This document shows, in pieces, positions 13,600-26,264 of a stretch of 64,000 bases of DNA (position 1 is its first letter; every line of letters begins with the position of its first letter). Where the stretch lies: contig NC_068982.1 of NCBI RefSeq assembly GCF_001194135.2, positions 120,258,797 to 120,322,796 on the forward strand. Direction: 5' to 3'. This DNA is from Octopus bimaculoides. Its lineage: Eukaryota. A model generated the notes under the pieces. That model ran no database searches. It was not told the DNA's origin and saw only the letters and a program-made list of their open reading frames with translations. The position numbers were made by a program, and so were the translations under genes.

Positions 13600-14170
13600 G
13601 TTACTCGATAAGGAAAATTTTGTGTCGACAGGTCTATGACAGAAGATGGCGTAAAGAAGCATTGATAAATACCGTAGTGAAACTTTTTCTAATGTGAACA
13701 GGCAAGCAATTGAATGTCAATATTAGGTCAGTTTACAACTAATGCATCATCCTGCAAATTTCATATGATATAAAAACGTCGAAACTGACAAAAAATACAG
13801 ACAAGCTAAGAACAGCTAAATATAGTCATGAACGCATTATACTTAGAGTAATGTGGAGAAATCATGAATCAACAAAATGAATCTAAGAAAAAGTGAAAAT
13901 TGATAACATTGTCAAACTTACACAATGGTAAAAATGGAATTGTGCATGACCGGTGCTGATGATGGGTGACAATAGGCATCCGACAAGGTTAAACAGACTA
14001 GATCCGAAGACCACAATAGAAATAGTGGAAGACGGTAACGTACAAGGTGGGTGGTGAATTTAAAAAGGAAACACAATTTAGAAGAAATGAAGATCAAGAA
14101 ATCAAAAATGAAAAGGAGAAATACCGAGAAGGCCTTTTCACAGCAGTGGGAAAACGATGGCTGCTTTGAT
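13600..14170 (+). mobile_element. RTE-clade LINE 3' remnant (highly decayed)
   Basis: Decayed KW.W.G.V.R..DNR, P..RW and EAF..QW-like terminal motifs. Confidence 0.45.
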
Positions 14171-14334
14171 TGGTTGACATATTAGATAAATAAAAGTAAA
14201 TTCGCTGAAGGTTATGATAATCCATGGGTAAATGTGAATAAAAAATGAACTTCAGTGATAATGCGTATTGAATCTGCAGTGCGGGTATATCACTGAGAGA
14301 GATGCATCATAGAGGATGCATGAACGAAACAAGT

Positions 14335-14572
14335 ATAGATAGATAGACAGATAGATAGATAGATACATAGATACATAGATAGATACATAGACAGACAGGC
14401 AGACCGGCAGGCAAATAGACAGACAGACTTCCACACAGGTAAGCAGGCATACAAACATACAGACAGACCGACATACATACAGACACACAGACAGACAGAC
14501 AGACAGACACACACACACACAGACAGACAGACATACAGGCAGACAGACAGACAGACACACAGACGCACAGAC

Positions 14573-14603
<31 letters not shown>

Positions 14604-14618
14604 CACAGACAGACAGAC

Positions 14619-14692
<74 letters not shown>
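14335..14692. repeat. Compound (GATA)n/(GACA)n tetranucleotide array
   Basis: Directly visible. Confidence 0.95.
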
Positions 14693-14981
14693 GCAGATGA
14701 AACGGCCAAATGAGAAACAGGTGGGCCAGCTGTTAATGGTTACAAATATAATGTGTGTACTAATTACTGTCAGCTATTACGAGTAATATTTGTACGTAAT
14801 ATCTAAAAAGTGCCCTATCGTTGATTGCTACAATGCATTTCGGAAATTATTTTAATGACTAAGAGAAAGTATTAAACTGGAGGTATAATATAGGATTACA
14901 GGATCTTACTTCCCCTTGTATATGAGTATGTATTCTTCTATTATTTTATTCGTTTCAGCCATGCGGCTGCGGTCATGTCAT

Positions 14982-15047
<66 letters not shown>

Positions 15048-15339
15048 CATATACCTATATAAATATACATATATATATACATATACATATATATATACAT
15101 ATACATATATATATGTGTGTGNNNNNNNNNNNNNNNNNNNNNNNNNNNNNNNNNNNNNNNNNNNNNNNNNNNNNNNNNNNNNNNNNNNNNNNNNNNNNNN
15201 NNNNNNNNNNNNNNNNNNNNNNNNNNNNNNNNNNNNNNNNNNNNNNNNNNNNNNNNNNNNNNNNNNNNNNNNNNNNNNNNNNNNNNNNNNNNNNNNNNNN
15301 NNNNNNNNNNNNNNNNNNNNNNNNNNNNNNNNNNNNNNN

Positions 15340-15680
15340 TTCAGTCCCACTGCGTGGCATCTTGGGCAAGTGCCTTCTACTATAGCCTCGGGCCGACCAA
15401 TGCCTTGTGAGTGGATTTGGTAGACGGAAACTGAAAGAAGCCCGTCGTATATGTGTATATATATGTGTATGTGTGTGTTTGTATGTCTGTGTTTGTCCCC
15501 CCAACATCGCTTGACAACCGATGCTGGTGTGTTTATGTCCCCGTAACTTAGTGGTTCGGCAAAAGAGACCGATAGAATAAGTACTAGGCTTCCAAAGAAT
15601 AAGTCCTGGGGTCGATTTCTTCGACTAAAGGCGGTGCTCCAGCATGGCCGCAGTCAAAAGACTGAAACAAGTAAAAGTGT
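15340..15680 (+). mobile_element. SINE family B
   Basis: Near-complete copy after the gap. Confidence 0.85.
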
Positions 15681-15918
15681 AAAAGTGTAAAAGTGACATA
15701 TACATACAAAAAACAACAACTTTCAAGCACATTTACCCTATGTACAACAGTATCGGTAAATAAATTCAATAAGTAAACTCCTAAATATGTAACTAAACAG
15801 TGACTAAACCTTTAAGTCATACATTTTATTCCCATCAAAAGGATGTTATAATACTATTCCACATACATAAAAACAGCCAATTCAACCATCCCACATAGCT
15901 CCATATCATATAAATATG

Positions 15919-15953
<35 letters not shown>

Positions 15954-15966
15954 TTGCGTGCGTGCG

Positions 15967-16007
<41 letters not shown>

Positions 16008-17893
16008 ACACACACACACACATATAGGCAGAAATATATACGTCTCTAAAATGGCAAAAGGCACTATTCAGCACCAGTATTACTAGAAATTAGTCAAAAC
16101 AACTCAATAGCCACAGAAATAACTATCTTAATGACTGCCAAGGGAGGCAAGCTTCCTCTAGCAGTAGACATAGCCAGATCAACGATGATTCCCCATTTTA
16201 ATGCTTGCTCATTTTAATGCTCATTAGAGACTCTCACCGCGCCTGGGGTTAAACTCCTCTCGCTTTGTAAGCTTATAAGATTTCCGTTGAAATTACACGC
16301 TGATTTCATAAACGGCGAAAGTGAAAATTATAAATGATAATATGGGTGGCTAATTCCCTTGTCAGTCATTATGATAGGGCTTTCCGTACCCATTGAGTTG
16401 TTTTAACTCTTATAGCAATTCTGGCGTTGCTTAATGCTATAAGTCATTTTTGTGACGTATATCTTTCTACCTTTAGCTTGTAAGATTGCCACCCATATTA
16501 TTTACTATGTATGTGTGTGGGTGTGTGTGTGTATGCGTGCGTGTGTGCGCGCGCACGTGCGTGTGTGTACAATTCGCAGTATAATATATAATAACAATTG
16601 TTTGTGAATAAGATGACGTAGCTGAACAATTTATTCCCTTAAAATTTGGTTAGTTTTTTGTTCCAATCAGAGTCCAATCTTGCACATAAATCACTGATTC
16701 TCCTGACACTACTTCAGTATTTACTGATACTATCATAGTGCAACCAAAACATATCCAGAATTATCTCACATACTAGCCGACATAATTCAAATATTAACCA
16801 ATAACTAATATTGCTTTTCATTCCACGCATGGTTCTTCCTGGTGAGGTTTTTAATGCTTATTGTACTAGATGTGTGTGTGTTTTTAATGCCTATTATACA
16901 CGGAGTGCACGTGCGTGCGTGTGTGTGGGGGGGTGTATGAATGTGTGCACAGAGAAAGAGAGAGTGTGGAAGAAAAGAGAGGGGTAGTAAAACACAATTT
17001 AAGCAAGTTATCATTGGTTGAAGCGGCCAGGTAAAATTTTGCTGACGTTACTAACTGACTTTACCTCAATGTAAGGATGGGAACACACTACTTTCATCCG
17101 CTGTTGGCGAATAGAGGCCACTCTTCATTTATTTAATAGCATTTATTTGTTGGTAATATGACTGCAGAGCGTTTTCCTGATAACAGTTCTCCGAAAGAAC
17201 CAGTCTTCGGCGTGCGTAAGGAAAGAGAAATACTATTTCAGATCACATGTTCGACTATGTTGCTAGATGTTTTAATATATGTAATTTCTTAGTGAAACAT
17301 AATTTCCAGTCTTTTATTATCTTTTTGATTGGGATAGCTGTGTTGACAATATTCCTTTTTATAAAAACATGTGCAGTTCTGCAGTCGTCGCTTTCAGTAC
17401 GAACTGGGAGGGAAAAATTGGTTTCTCTCCAAGTTCAATATATTGCTTACATGATTTGATTTTAATGTTTACAATGAGTTCCGTGTAGTTTCTCTCGATA
17501 GCATTTTGGCTGTTATGGTCACCTCACGTGTCACCAACTTAGAGTGAGGTAATGATTGAAATTTCTGCTTGAAATAAATATAATATAAATGCACGCACAC
17601 ACATATAGAAATGTGTGTATGCATATATACATATGAGTGTGTGTGTACATATATGTGTGCTTGTGAACGTACATATATGTGTGTGTGTGCGTAAGTGTGT
17701 GTGAGTGTGTTTTTATGTTCAGTTGTTATAATAAAGACAATTTTACATTAATCTGATGGGTAACTCTATAACTTTGGAGAGAACCAATTTATTAATCTTA
17801 TACAAGATTGTTGTTGACAGTGACTCCGACGATGGCTTTGCAGGCCGGAATATCGAAGTCACTGACAACAACGTTCTTGTATAAGAATAATAA

Positions 17894-17959
<66 letters not shown>

Positions 17960-18839
17960 NNNNNNNNNNNNNNNNNNNNNNNNNNNNNNNNNNNNNNNNN
18001 NNNNNNNNNNNNNNNNNNNNNNNNNNNNNNNNNNNNNNNNNNNNNNNNNNNNNNNNNNNNNNNNNNNNNNNNNNNNNNNNNNNNNNNNNNNNNNNNNNNN
18101 NNNNNNNNNNNNNNNNNNNNNNNNNNNNNNNNNNNNNNNNNNNNNNNNNNNNNNNNNNNNNNNNNNNNNNNNNNNNNNNNNNNNNNNNNNNNNNNNNNNN
18201 NNNNNNNNNNNNNNNNNNNNNNNNNNNNNNNNNNNNNNNNNNNNNNNNNNNNNNNNNNNNNNNNNNNNNNNNNNNNNNNNNNNNNNNNNNNNNNNNNNNN
18301 NNNNNNNNNNNNNNNNNNNNNNNNNNNNNNNNNNNNNNNNNNNNNNNNNNNNNNNNNNNNNNNNNNNNNNNNNNNNNNNNNNNNNNNNNNNNNNNNNNNN
18401 NNNNNNNNNNNNNNNNNNNNNNNNNNNNNNNNNNNNNNNNNNNNNNNNNNNNNNNNNNNNNNNNNNNNNNNNNNNNNNNNNNNNNNNNNNNNNNNNNNNN
18501 NNNNNNNNNNNNNNNNNNNNNNNNNNNNNNNNNNNNNNNNNNNNNNNNNNNNNNNNNNNNNNNNNNNNNNNNNNNNNNNNNNNNNNNNNNNNNNNNNNNN
18601 NNNNNNNNNNNNNNNNNNNNNNNNNNNNNNNNNNNNNNNNNNNNNNNNNNNNNNNNNNNNNNNNNNNNNNNNNNNNNNNNNNNNNNNNNNNNNNNNNNNN
18701 NNNNNNNNNNNNNNNNNNNNNNNNNNNNNNNNNNNNNNNNNNNNNNNNNNNNNNNNNNNNNNNNNNNNNNNNNNNNNNNNNNNNNNNNNNNNNNNNNNNN
18801 NNNNNNNNNNNNNNNNNNNNNNNNNNNNNNNTAAATAGG

Positions 18840-19470
18840 GACCTTTAATTTTCAAAATTTCTGATCTAAGCGTCTTAGTGCTTTCAGCGGTGTAGAATTT
18901 ACAAAGTAATTATTCTTTTTCATTCCAGGTACCATTATATTAAACATTTGCGAAGAGTAACCATGCCATGCACAAAAAGTTCAGCAGAACTGTCAGATTA
19001 TCAAAGAGGTCGTATTGTTGGGCAATCTGAGGCTGGTCTTAGCCAGCGAAAAATTGCCAAAAATCTTCAAATTTCTCTTGCTACTGTTAATAGAATTATA
19101 GTGCAATTCAAAAGCCAAGGAAAAGAATAAAACAAATTCTCGTCTCGGCCGACCTGGGCCCTGGGAAAGGAAGCTTCGTTGTTTGAAGAGAATTGTGGAA
19201 AACGAACCCAGTTCGAAGGCTTCTGACATTGCAAAACAGCTAGTCCAAGAACGTGTGTTACATATCTGCATAAGCTTGGGTATTATGGACGAGCAACTGG
19301 AAGAAAACCTCTCCTTCGAGCAATTAATCTCATGAAAATAAAGAAATGGGCTAAGAAGATGTCTGAAAAATCCATTTCATTTTGGGATAGAGTGATTTTC
19401 TCGGATGAATCTAGATTTGCATTATTTTCAGAGAGTAGACGTGTTTGGGTCTGGAGAACATTTACGGACA
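18840..19470 (+). mobile_element. Tc1-like transposase 5' remnant
   Basis: From ATG 18963: [30 protein letters not shown] helix-turn-helix, then RKPLL and WDRVIFSDESRF first catalytic motif; stops and frameshifts. Confidence 0.85.
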
Positions 19471-20312
19471 ACTGTTTCAAAACTTAGAAATAAGTTATAA
19501 ATTCACATTTATGCCTAAACGATCATACATTCTCATTTACAATTATTAGTATTCCTGATCATGGCTGTTATGAAATGTCTAAGTGGTAATTTCGTAAAAC
19601 TGGAATTTTCAAAAAAAGATAGCGGCCAACAAACACGTTCTTTATATAATAAATACACTTAGTAAGGAAAAGTGAAAAATTATGCAAGATTTTTCTGAAT
19701 TTCCCCTTGTAATTCTTTGCCATTCTAAGTGACACAGTTATATTCCAGGAATTGGGCTTTGTTGGTAAGAAACTAGTTGCTTTTTTATAGAAATAATTCA
19801 AATAATTTAACAAGAAATATCACATCCATTAATCCACTTTTGCCCACTTCTGTGTATCATACCCTACAGTTGATTACCATATCTAGAACATTCTTAAAAT
19901 GTAAAAGATGAGTGGTTGCGCAAAGACGACGAAAATAGCAAACTAATATTTTTCATTAAATTTTTTTCTCGTGTTTTCTTTATAACCTTTCTTTTGAGCG
20001 AGCTTACAGATAAAATAAAACCTGAAATTGTTATCAGCAAGGGAACAAAGAAGTATACTAAAAGTCTATAAAATCACCTCTGAAATCTTGATTTTCAGGA
20101 AAAGAGACAGACCATTTTACTCGTATTAGGTAAATGTACTTTTAAGCGGAAATTTTAAAAAATGCAAGATTATTTCTAACATTTGCCGTGTACTTCTTGA
20201 CTGTTTCGTCTATATTCCAACTATAGAGGTTTGCCTTTTCAATAACGGACTAATTCATTCATATATGTCAAAGAACTGAAATAGCAGTGCATACTGCGGA
20301 TGATTCATACAG

Positions 20313-20375
<63 letters not shown>

Positions 20376-20704
20376 CAGACAGACAGATATATAGATATAG
20401 ATATATACATTCGCAAATGCATATGTGCATAGATTACATACATATACTAATATATGCAAGTATATGTATATGTGTAAATTCATACTTGGGAGACTAACAA
20501 ACAAAAGGTAATTATTTTACCAAACATAACTGTTTTGCTTCAGTGCATTCAATAGATCTAATTGCAACTTAAAATAAATACTCCTTAACAGTAGAATGCA
20601 ATAAATTTAGCATTCATGATTTCCGTCTTTAATATCTACATTTAAATTTATCCTCCTGAGTCACTTAACTTAGATTTAAATTTCCGCACCATTTTGCAGG
20701 TGTT

Positions 20705-20789
20705 ATGGTAATGGGTGCCAAGAAAATGTCTACCATTGTTTCCATGGTAATTTTCGCAAGCTGGTTTCTCTGCAACAAGTTTATTGATG
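20705..20789 (+). CDS. Exon: signal peptide [28 protein letters not shown](A)
   Basis: Acceptor attttgcag ends 20699, ATG 20705, donor G|gtaagt at 20790. Basic N-region, hydrophobic core and an I-D-A cleavage-like end; phase 1 matches the LDLa exon. Confidence 0.8.
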
Positions 20790-21030
20790 GTAAGTTAGCA
20801 TGAAAATAGTGATAGTCCACTAAATGTGATGTTTATATGTATGTAATATTATAGAGACTGTCTTAATGTACGTACTGTCTTTATGTGCATGTGTGTATAT
20901 GTTTTTACATCAAATCACAGCAAACTACTTTTATCGAAGATTGCATAGTTTGTTCAGTGTTTTTTCCCTAATGATTAATTTAATAGCATACATAGCTCAA
21001 TGACAATACTGTCAATATATATATATATAA

Positions 21031-21071
<41 letters not shown>

Positions 21072-24000
21072 NNNNNNNNNNNNNNNNNNNNNNNNNNNNN
21101 NNNNNNNNNNNNNNNNNNNNNNNNNNNNNNNNNNNNNNNNNNNNNNNNNNNNNNNNNNNNNNNNNNNNNNNNNNNNNNNNNNNNNNNNNNNNNNNNNNNN
21201 NNNNNNNNNNNNNNNNNNNNNNNNNNNNNNNNNNNNNNNNNNNNNNNNNNNNNNNNNNNNNNNNNNNNNNNNNNNNNNNNNNNNNNNNNNNNNNNNNNNN
21301 NNNNNNNNNNNNNNNNNNNNNNNNNNNNNNNNNNNNNNNNNNNNNNNNNNNNNNNNNNNNNNNNNNNNNNNNNNNNNNNNNNNNNNNNNNNNNNNNNNNN
21401 NNNNNNNNNNNNNNNNNNNNNNNNNNNNNNNNNNNNNNNNNNNNNNNNNNNNNNNNNNNNNNNNNNNNNNNNNNNNNNNNNNNNNNNNNNNNNNNNNNNN
21501 NNNNNNNNNNNNNNNNNNNNNNNNNNNNNNNNNNNNNNNNNNNNNNNNNNNNNNNNNNNNNNNNNNNNNNNNNNNNNNNNNNNNNNNNNNNNNNNNNNNN
21601 NNNNNNNNNNNNNNNNNNNNNNNNNNNNNNNNNNNNNNNNNNNNNNNNNNNNNNNNNNNNNNNNNNNNNNNNNNNNNNNNNNNNNNNNNNNNNNNNNNNN
21701 NNNNNNNNNNNNNNNNNNNNNNNNNNNNNNNNNNNNNNNNNNNNNNNNNNNNNNNNNNNNNNNNNNNNNNNNNNNNNNNNNNNNNNNNNNNNNNNNNNNN
21801 NNNNNNNNNNNNNNNNNNNNNNNNNNNNNNNNNNNNNNNNNNNNNNNNNNNNNNNNNNNNNNNNNNNNNNNNNNNNNNNNNNNNNNNNNNNNNNNNNNNN
21901 TTTATTTTATTATAAATACAAAACAACACCACAAGCACCTCCTGAGATTCGTTTTCCATACAGTTTGTGCGATTCTTTGTTTACTCATCTACGGTACACT
22001 ATGTATTTTCTTTTAATATATTTTAATTAATGTGTCATAAATGCAGTACTGTACTGTATTTTTATTTATTAATTTATTAATTTTTAGGCTTGAAAATGCT
22101 TATTTTACCACAGAAATGATAAAAAGCTGAAAAAGCATAAATATCCATCGGCCGCAGAAACCTGCGATATACCGAGGAATCCACGATATAAATTTACATA
22201 TATTAGCCAGAAAAATCTGCGATGTGCTGAGAGTGCGATAGGCGAACCGCGATATAGCAAGTGATTAATGTACATATGAAAGGAACGAAATATATCTCAC
22301 TTTGTACGACTTTTAGAATATATTCTGTGTTTAGTGCCAAAAGTCTTACTGATGTCAGATATACTGTGCTCCATACCAAATCAATTTTGACAATTAAATT
22401 GAAAAGAAACACTTAAAAGGGGCTGGAATTTTACATACAAATAAATTTGACTGTCACATATCGACTATGGTGAGTTGGAAAATGTCATTCAATTAGCTTT
22501 ATCTTAACAGTTAGAAGAGAAAAACTTCTAAATCTAAAATCAGAAAGTAAGTGGAATAACTTTAATAAGATTTGCTCGTCAAAGTTTATGGAAACATTAG
22601 ACAATGAAGATCAAAATTAATCTGAAAAGCTACCCAGAGAAAGCATGTATATGTTTTCTCTTATTGAAACTCTCTGAAGTTAAATAAAACAATGACAAAA
22701 ATAAAAGAAATCACTACATATGAAATACAAAGAGCATAGAGTGACAGTAATCATCAGTAATAATTTGATCATCAGTCTACGCACTAAATCACTCATAATG
22801 TTGATAATCTGCACACTGAACAAACATAGAGTAGATGTCGCACAATTTGAACAATGGTAGTGTCTTTAGGTTCTTCGCGGCTCGTTTTCAAGTCAAAATG
22901 TCTGCAATCTCGGGTTAGAATTGATTATATCACATAAACCTTTATATTCATTCAACGTTTAGTCCTTATCTATGAAATCATTGTCAGTTGTGGACGTTTA
23001 TAAGCTTTACGCTACTGTTTTTGTCTCTCTATATTCATGGATTGCGCTGCTACTCTTAATTTTCTTGCAAACTGATGAGATGCAATGACATATTTGATGT
23101 GTTTCCTGAAGATGAAACTCAAACATATTGAGTAACCACACTCCTGAGCATTGTGCTGTGCACTGGGTTAAAGCGTTTGTCCAGTCACTTACTCATGTTT
23201 ACCTATATCTTCACTACCTTGCCACACCACCTTTATTTACCGCATAGATGGCAGCAATACACTGTTTCTAAGCATAGCTAATTATTCCAACGCTACAGCT
23301 ATATCCCAAATTTCTGGTTCCAAAATAATAGGCTTGAAGTAGTAACTGTCAAATCCACTTCTTTCTTACAAGCAACACCAGAGAACACCAGACACAGTAA
23401 CAACAATAGCCATCTCCCTTTGTTATTGGCAGCGCCAGAAAATATCGAATATCACCACCACCCCATCACATTCAACAGCGTAAACATATCTCATTAACAG
23501 AAGATAAAAGCACTAAATATTCTTATTACATACCACTCCTTCCTCTAAAGTATCCATAGCACGTATATGTGGCATTGTTAATAAATCGAAAAGATGCGCT
23601 TACTTACAGCACTCATTTGTACCAGATTTGGGCGACAGAAGGATACAATAACGGTGTACAAACTACACGTTCAGGGGTTCTCAACCTTTCTTGTTTTATC
23701 TACGGACCCCTTTGATTACTATCTTATTCTAGTGAACCCCTTTGAATACTATCTTATTCTAGTGGACCCCTATATCCATTCGATGTTTAAAGATTTGTCT
23801 AATAGAAACTTCTTTCAAAACTCCTGTTTTTGTTTTTCACACTCGTGAAGGTTCAACTATGTAAAATGTTATAAAAAGAAACTTAGCTATTTCTTGCAAT
23901 ACATACATCTAAAGCAAAACTTTTCAGAGGCCCTTAAAATACTATTCGGGATCTCCAATTTACTGTTTAGTTATGTGGACCCCATAAGATCTTATATGGA

Positions 24001-24987
24001 CCCCCCAGGAGCCATATGGACATCAGTTGAGAGCTACTGCGTCAGATCTTTCAAGGATTATGCGAGCCTTGTTTAGGCCTCCAATGTTTCCGCCAGAAGT
24101 CACAATAAATTTCAAAACTAAATGTATTTACAATGTCGGAAAAAGTACCTTGCAATACTTATTTCAGATCTGAATTTAAATTTCGTGGAGATCAGCTTTA
24201 CTTTTCATTCTTCTGGGGCTCGTAAACTAAAATGTCAGTCTAGCGTTCTAACATAAATATGTATATGTATATATATATATATNNNNNNNNNNNNNNNNNN
24301 NNNNNNNNNNNNNNNNNNNNNNNNNNNNNNNNNNNNNNNNNNNNNNNNNNNNNNNNNNNTGTGTGTGTGTGTGTGTGTGTTTGTGCGTCTGTGTTTGTTC
24401 CCCCCAACATCGCTTGACAACCGATGCTGGTGTGTTTACGTCCCCATAACTTAGCGTTTCGGCAAAAGAGACTGATAGAAAAGTACTAGGCCTACAAAGA
24501 ATAAGTCCTGGGGTCGATTTGCTCGACTAAAGGTGGTGCTCCAGCATGGCCACAGTCAAATGACTGAAACACGTTAAACAGTTAAACAGTATAAACCTTG
24601 TGCTTCTGTTAAAAAAAACAAAATATGACCTCTCATACTGGGCTCGTTTTCCTGATACTTGGTATCAATGTTCCTACTAGGCCTCTACTTGACTCATTTT
24701 CAATATCTGCTCTCATAAGTCAGTCATTCTACAAATCTATCATTTATTTGACTTATTCTCGAGGTTTCTTCGTACACTTGATTTATGTTTAAATATCTTG
24801 ACTTATTCTCGATATCTACCCTGAGACTGCATTCATTCTCTCAATCTTTCCTCTACATTCATTATATCAATATCAGCCATCGTACCCGATTCGGCATCAG
24901 TAACTGTTTTCTATTTCATTTATTCTTAATATGATTTTGCTACTGCATTTGCAGTTGTTACTGGAGTTGCTGCTGTTGCTGTATTTG

Positions 24988-25034
<47 letters not shown>

Positions 25035-26193
25035 ACTGCTGTTGTTGTTGTTTAGCTCAGGTCACTTTTGTCCACCGTTCCAACCAAAGTCCTTTTAGAG
25101 ATTGAGCTATATATATATTGCCTAGTGTGTTCTTCCAATTTCGAGACGAGTGCAGTTTGAAGAAAACTGTACTCATATTCCTAGCAGACTCAGTGAAGCA
25201 CTTAAATATTCATCTGATGTGTTTACTCAATTATTGAGCATCTTTGGTACATTTTGAACTAATCTGAAGAACTTTACAAAGTGATCAATCAATGAACAGT
25301 ATTTTCAGTTGCTAAAGACGCATCGGTTCTAGAATATTTTAAGTGTTTCGTTGTTTCAAATGAGCAGAGCCTCTAGGGTGACTGTTCTTTTCTGTTTTTT
25401 CACATGTAGCAACAGGTAGTCTCTACGTGGTTACTTTACCTGCTCAATCTCCCACAAATTGCAACATACTGTCCAAGGGAAGAATGTATTGGCTTAAATA
25501 GCCTGTTATACTATCTCATTTGAAGTTTACATGATCACAGCTGGAATTTCTATATGCATAAGTTTGCTTAAACAGAGCTAACCAGAGGTTAAATAACCAC
25601 AACAAGTAAAATATTAATATGAAAGTATTTGCTCGTAATATCCTCTAATTAATTCTATTCACATGCCAAATATAAACTATATTGACATGATCTTGAAGCC
25701 GTCTTATTTCACTTGGATTGCTAACGGACAAGAGAGAGACATCAGCAATATACAACTATATTTCTTGATCTTGAGAGAAGAAGAAATAATGTTCTAGGAT
25801 TGACTCTTTGTTTAAAAGAGAGGAAGCATGTTTTTTGCCAATGCGTGTGTAGGGCCTAATACATTGATTGAAAAAATTACTTTTCCCTTAGATGAAAAAA
25901 GTCAGTCTCAAAACATCTGACTCCGTTTTTCCACGTCATACAAACTTATACAAAAACAGGAATTTCACTTTATAGTTTTACCGATGCAGACAACTAGCAC
26001 CGGTTTCGTTTGCCATGTTTGTTACATTTTTTTGCTCGCTAAAACTCTGCCATTTAGGTATTTCTTGCCTTCGACAATCATACCAAATTAAGGATAACTA
26101 ATCTTGCACAGTATTATAACCATTACCAATTCGTCTATGGGAATTGTTGTTGTTGAGCCCAGGTCAGCCCTAATTGAGCTTAATCAAAACACG

Positions 26194-26264
<71 letters not shown>

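Noticed and set aside
11300-17220. Candidate 5' UTR exons (e.g. ~11304-11334, and the donor-like gcgtaag at ~17214)
   Set aside because: Splice-like motifs are frequent by chance in AT-rich DNA and cannot be supported without transcript data.
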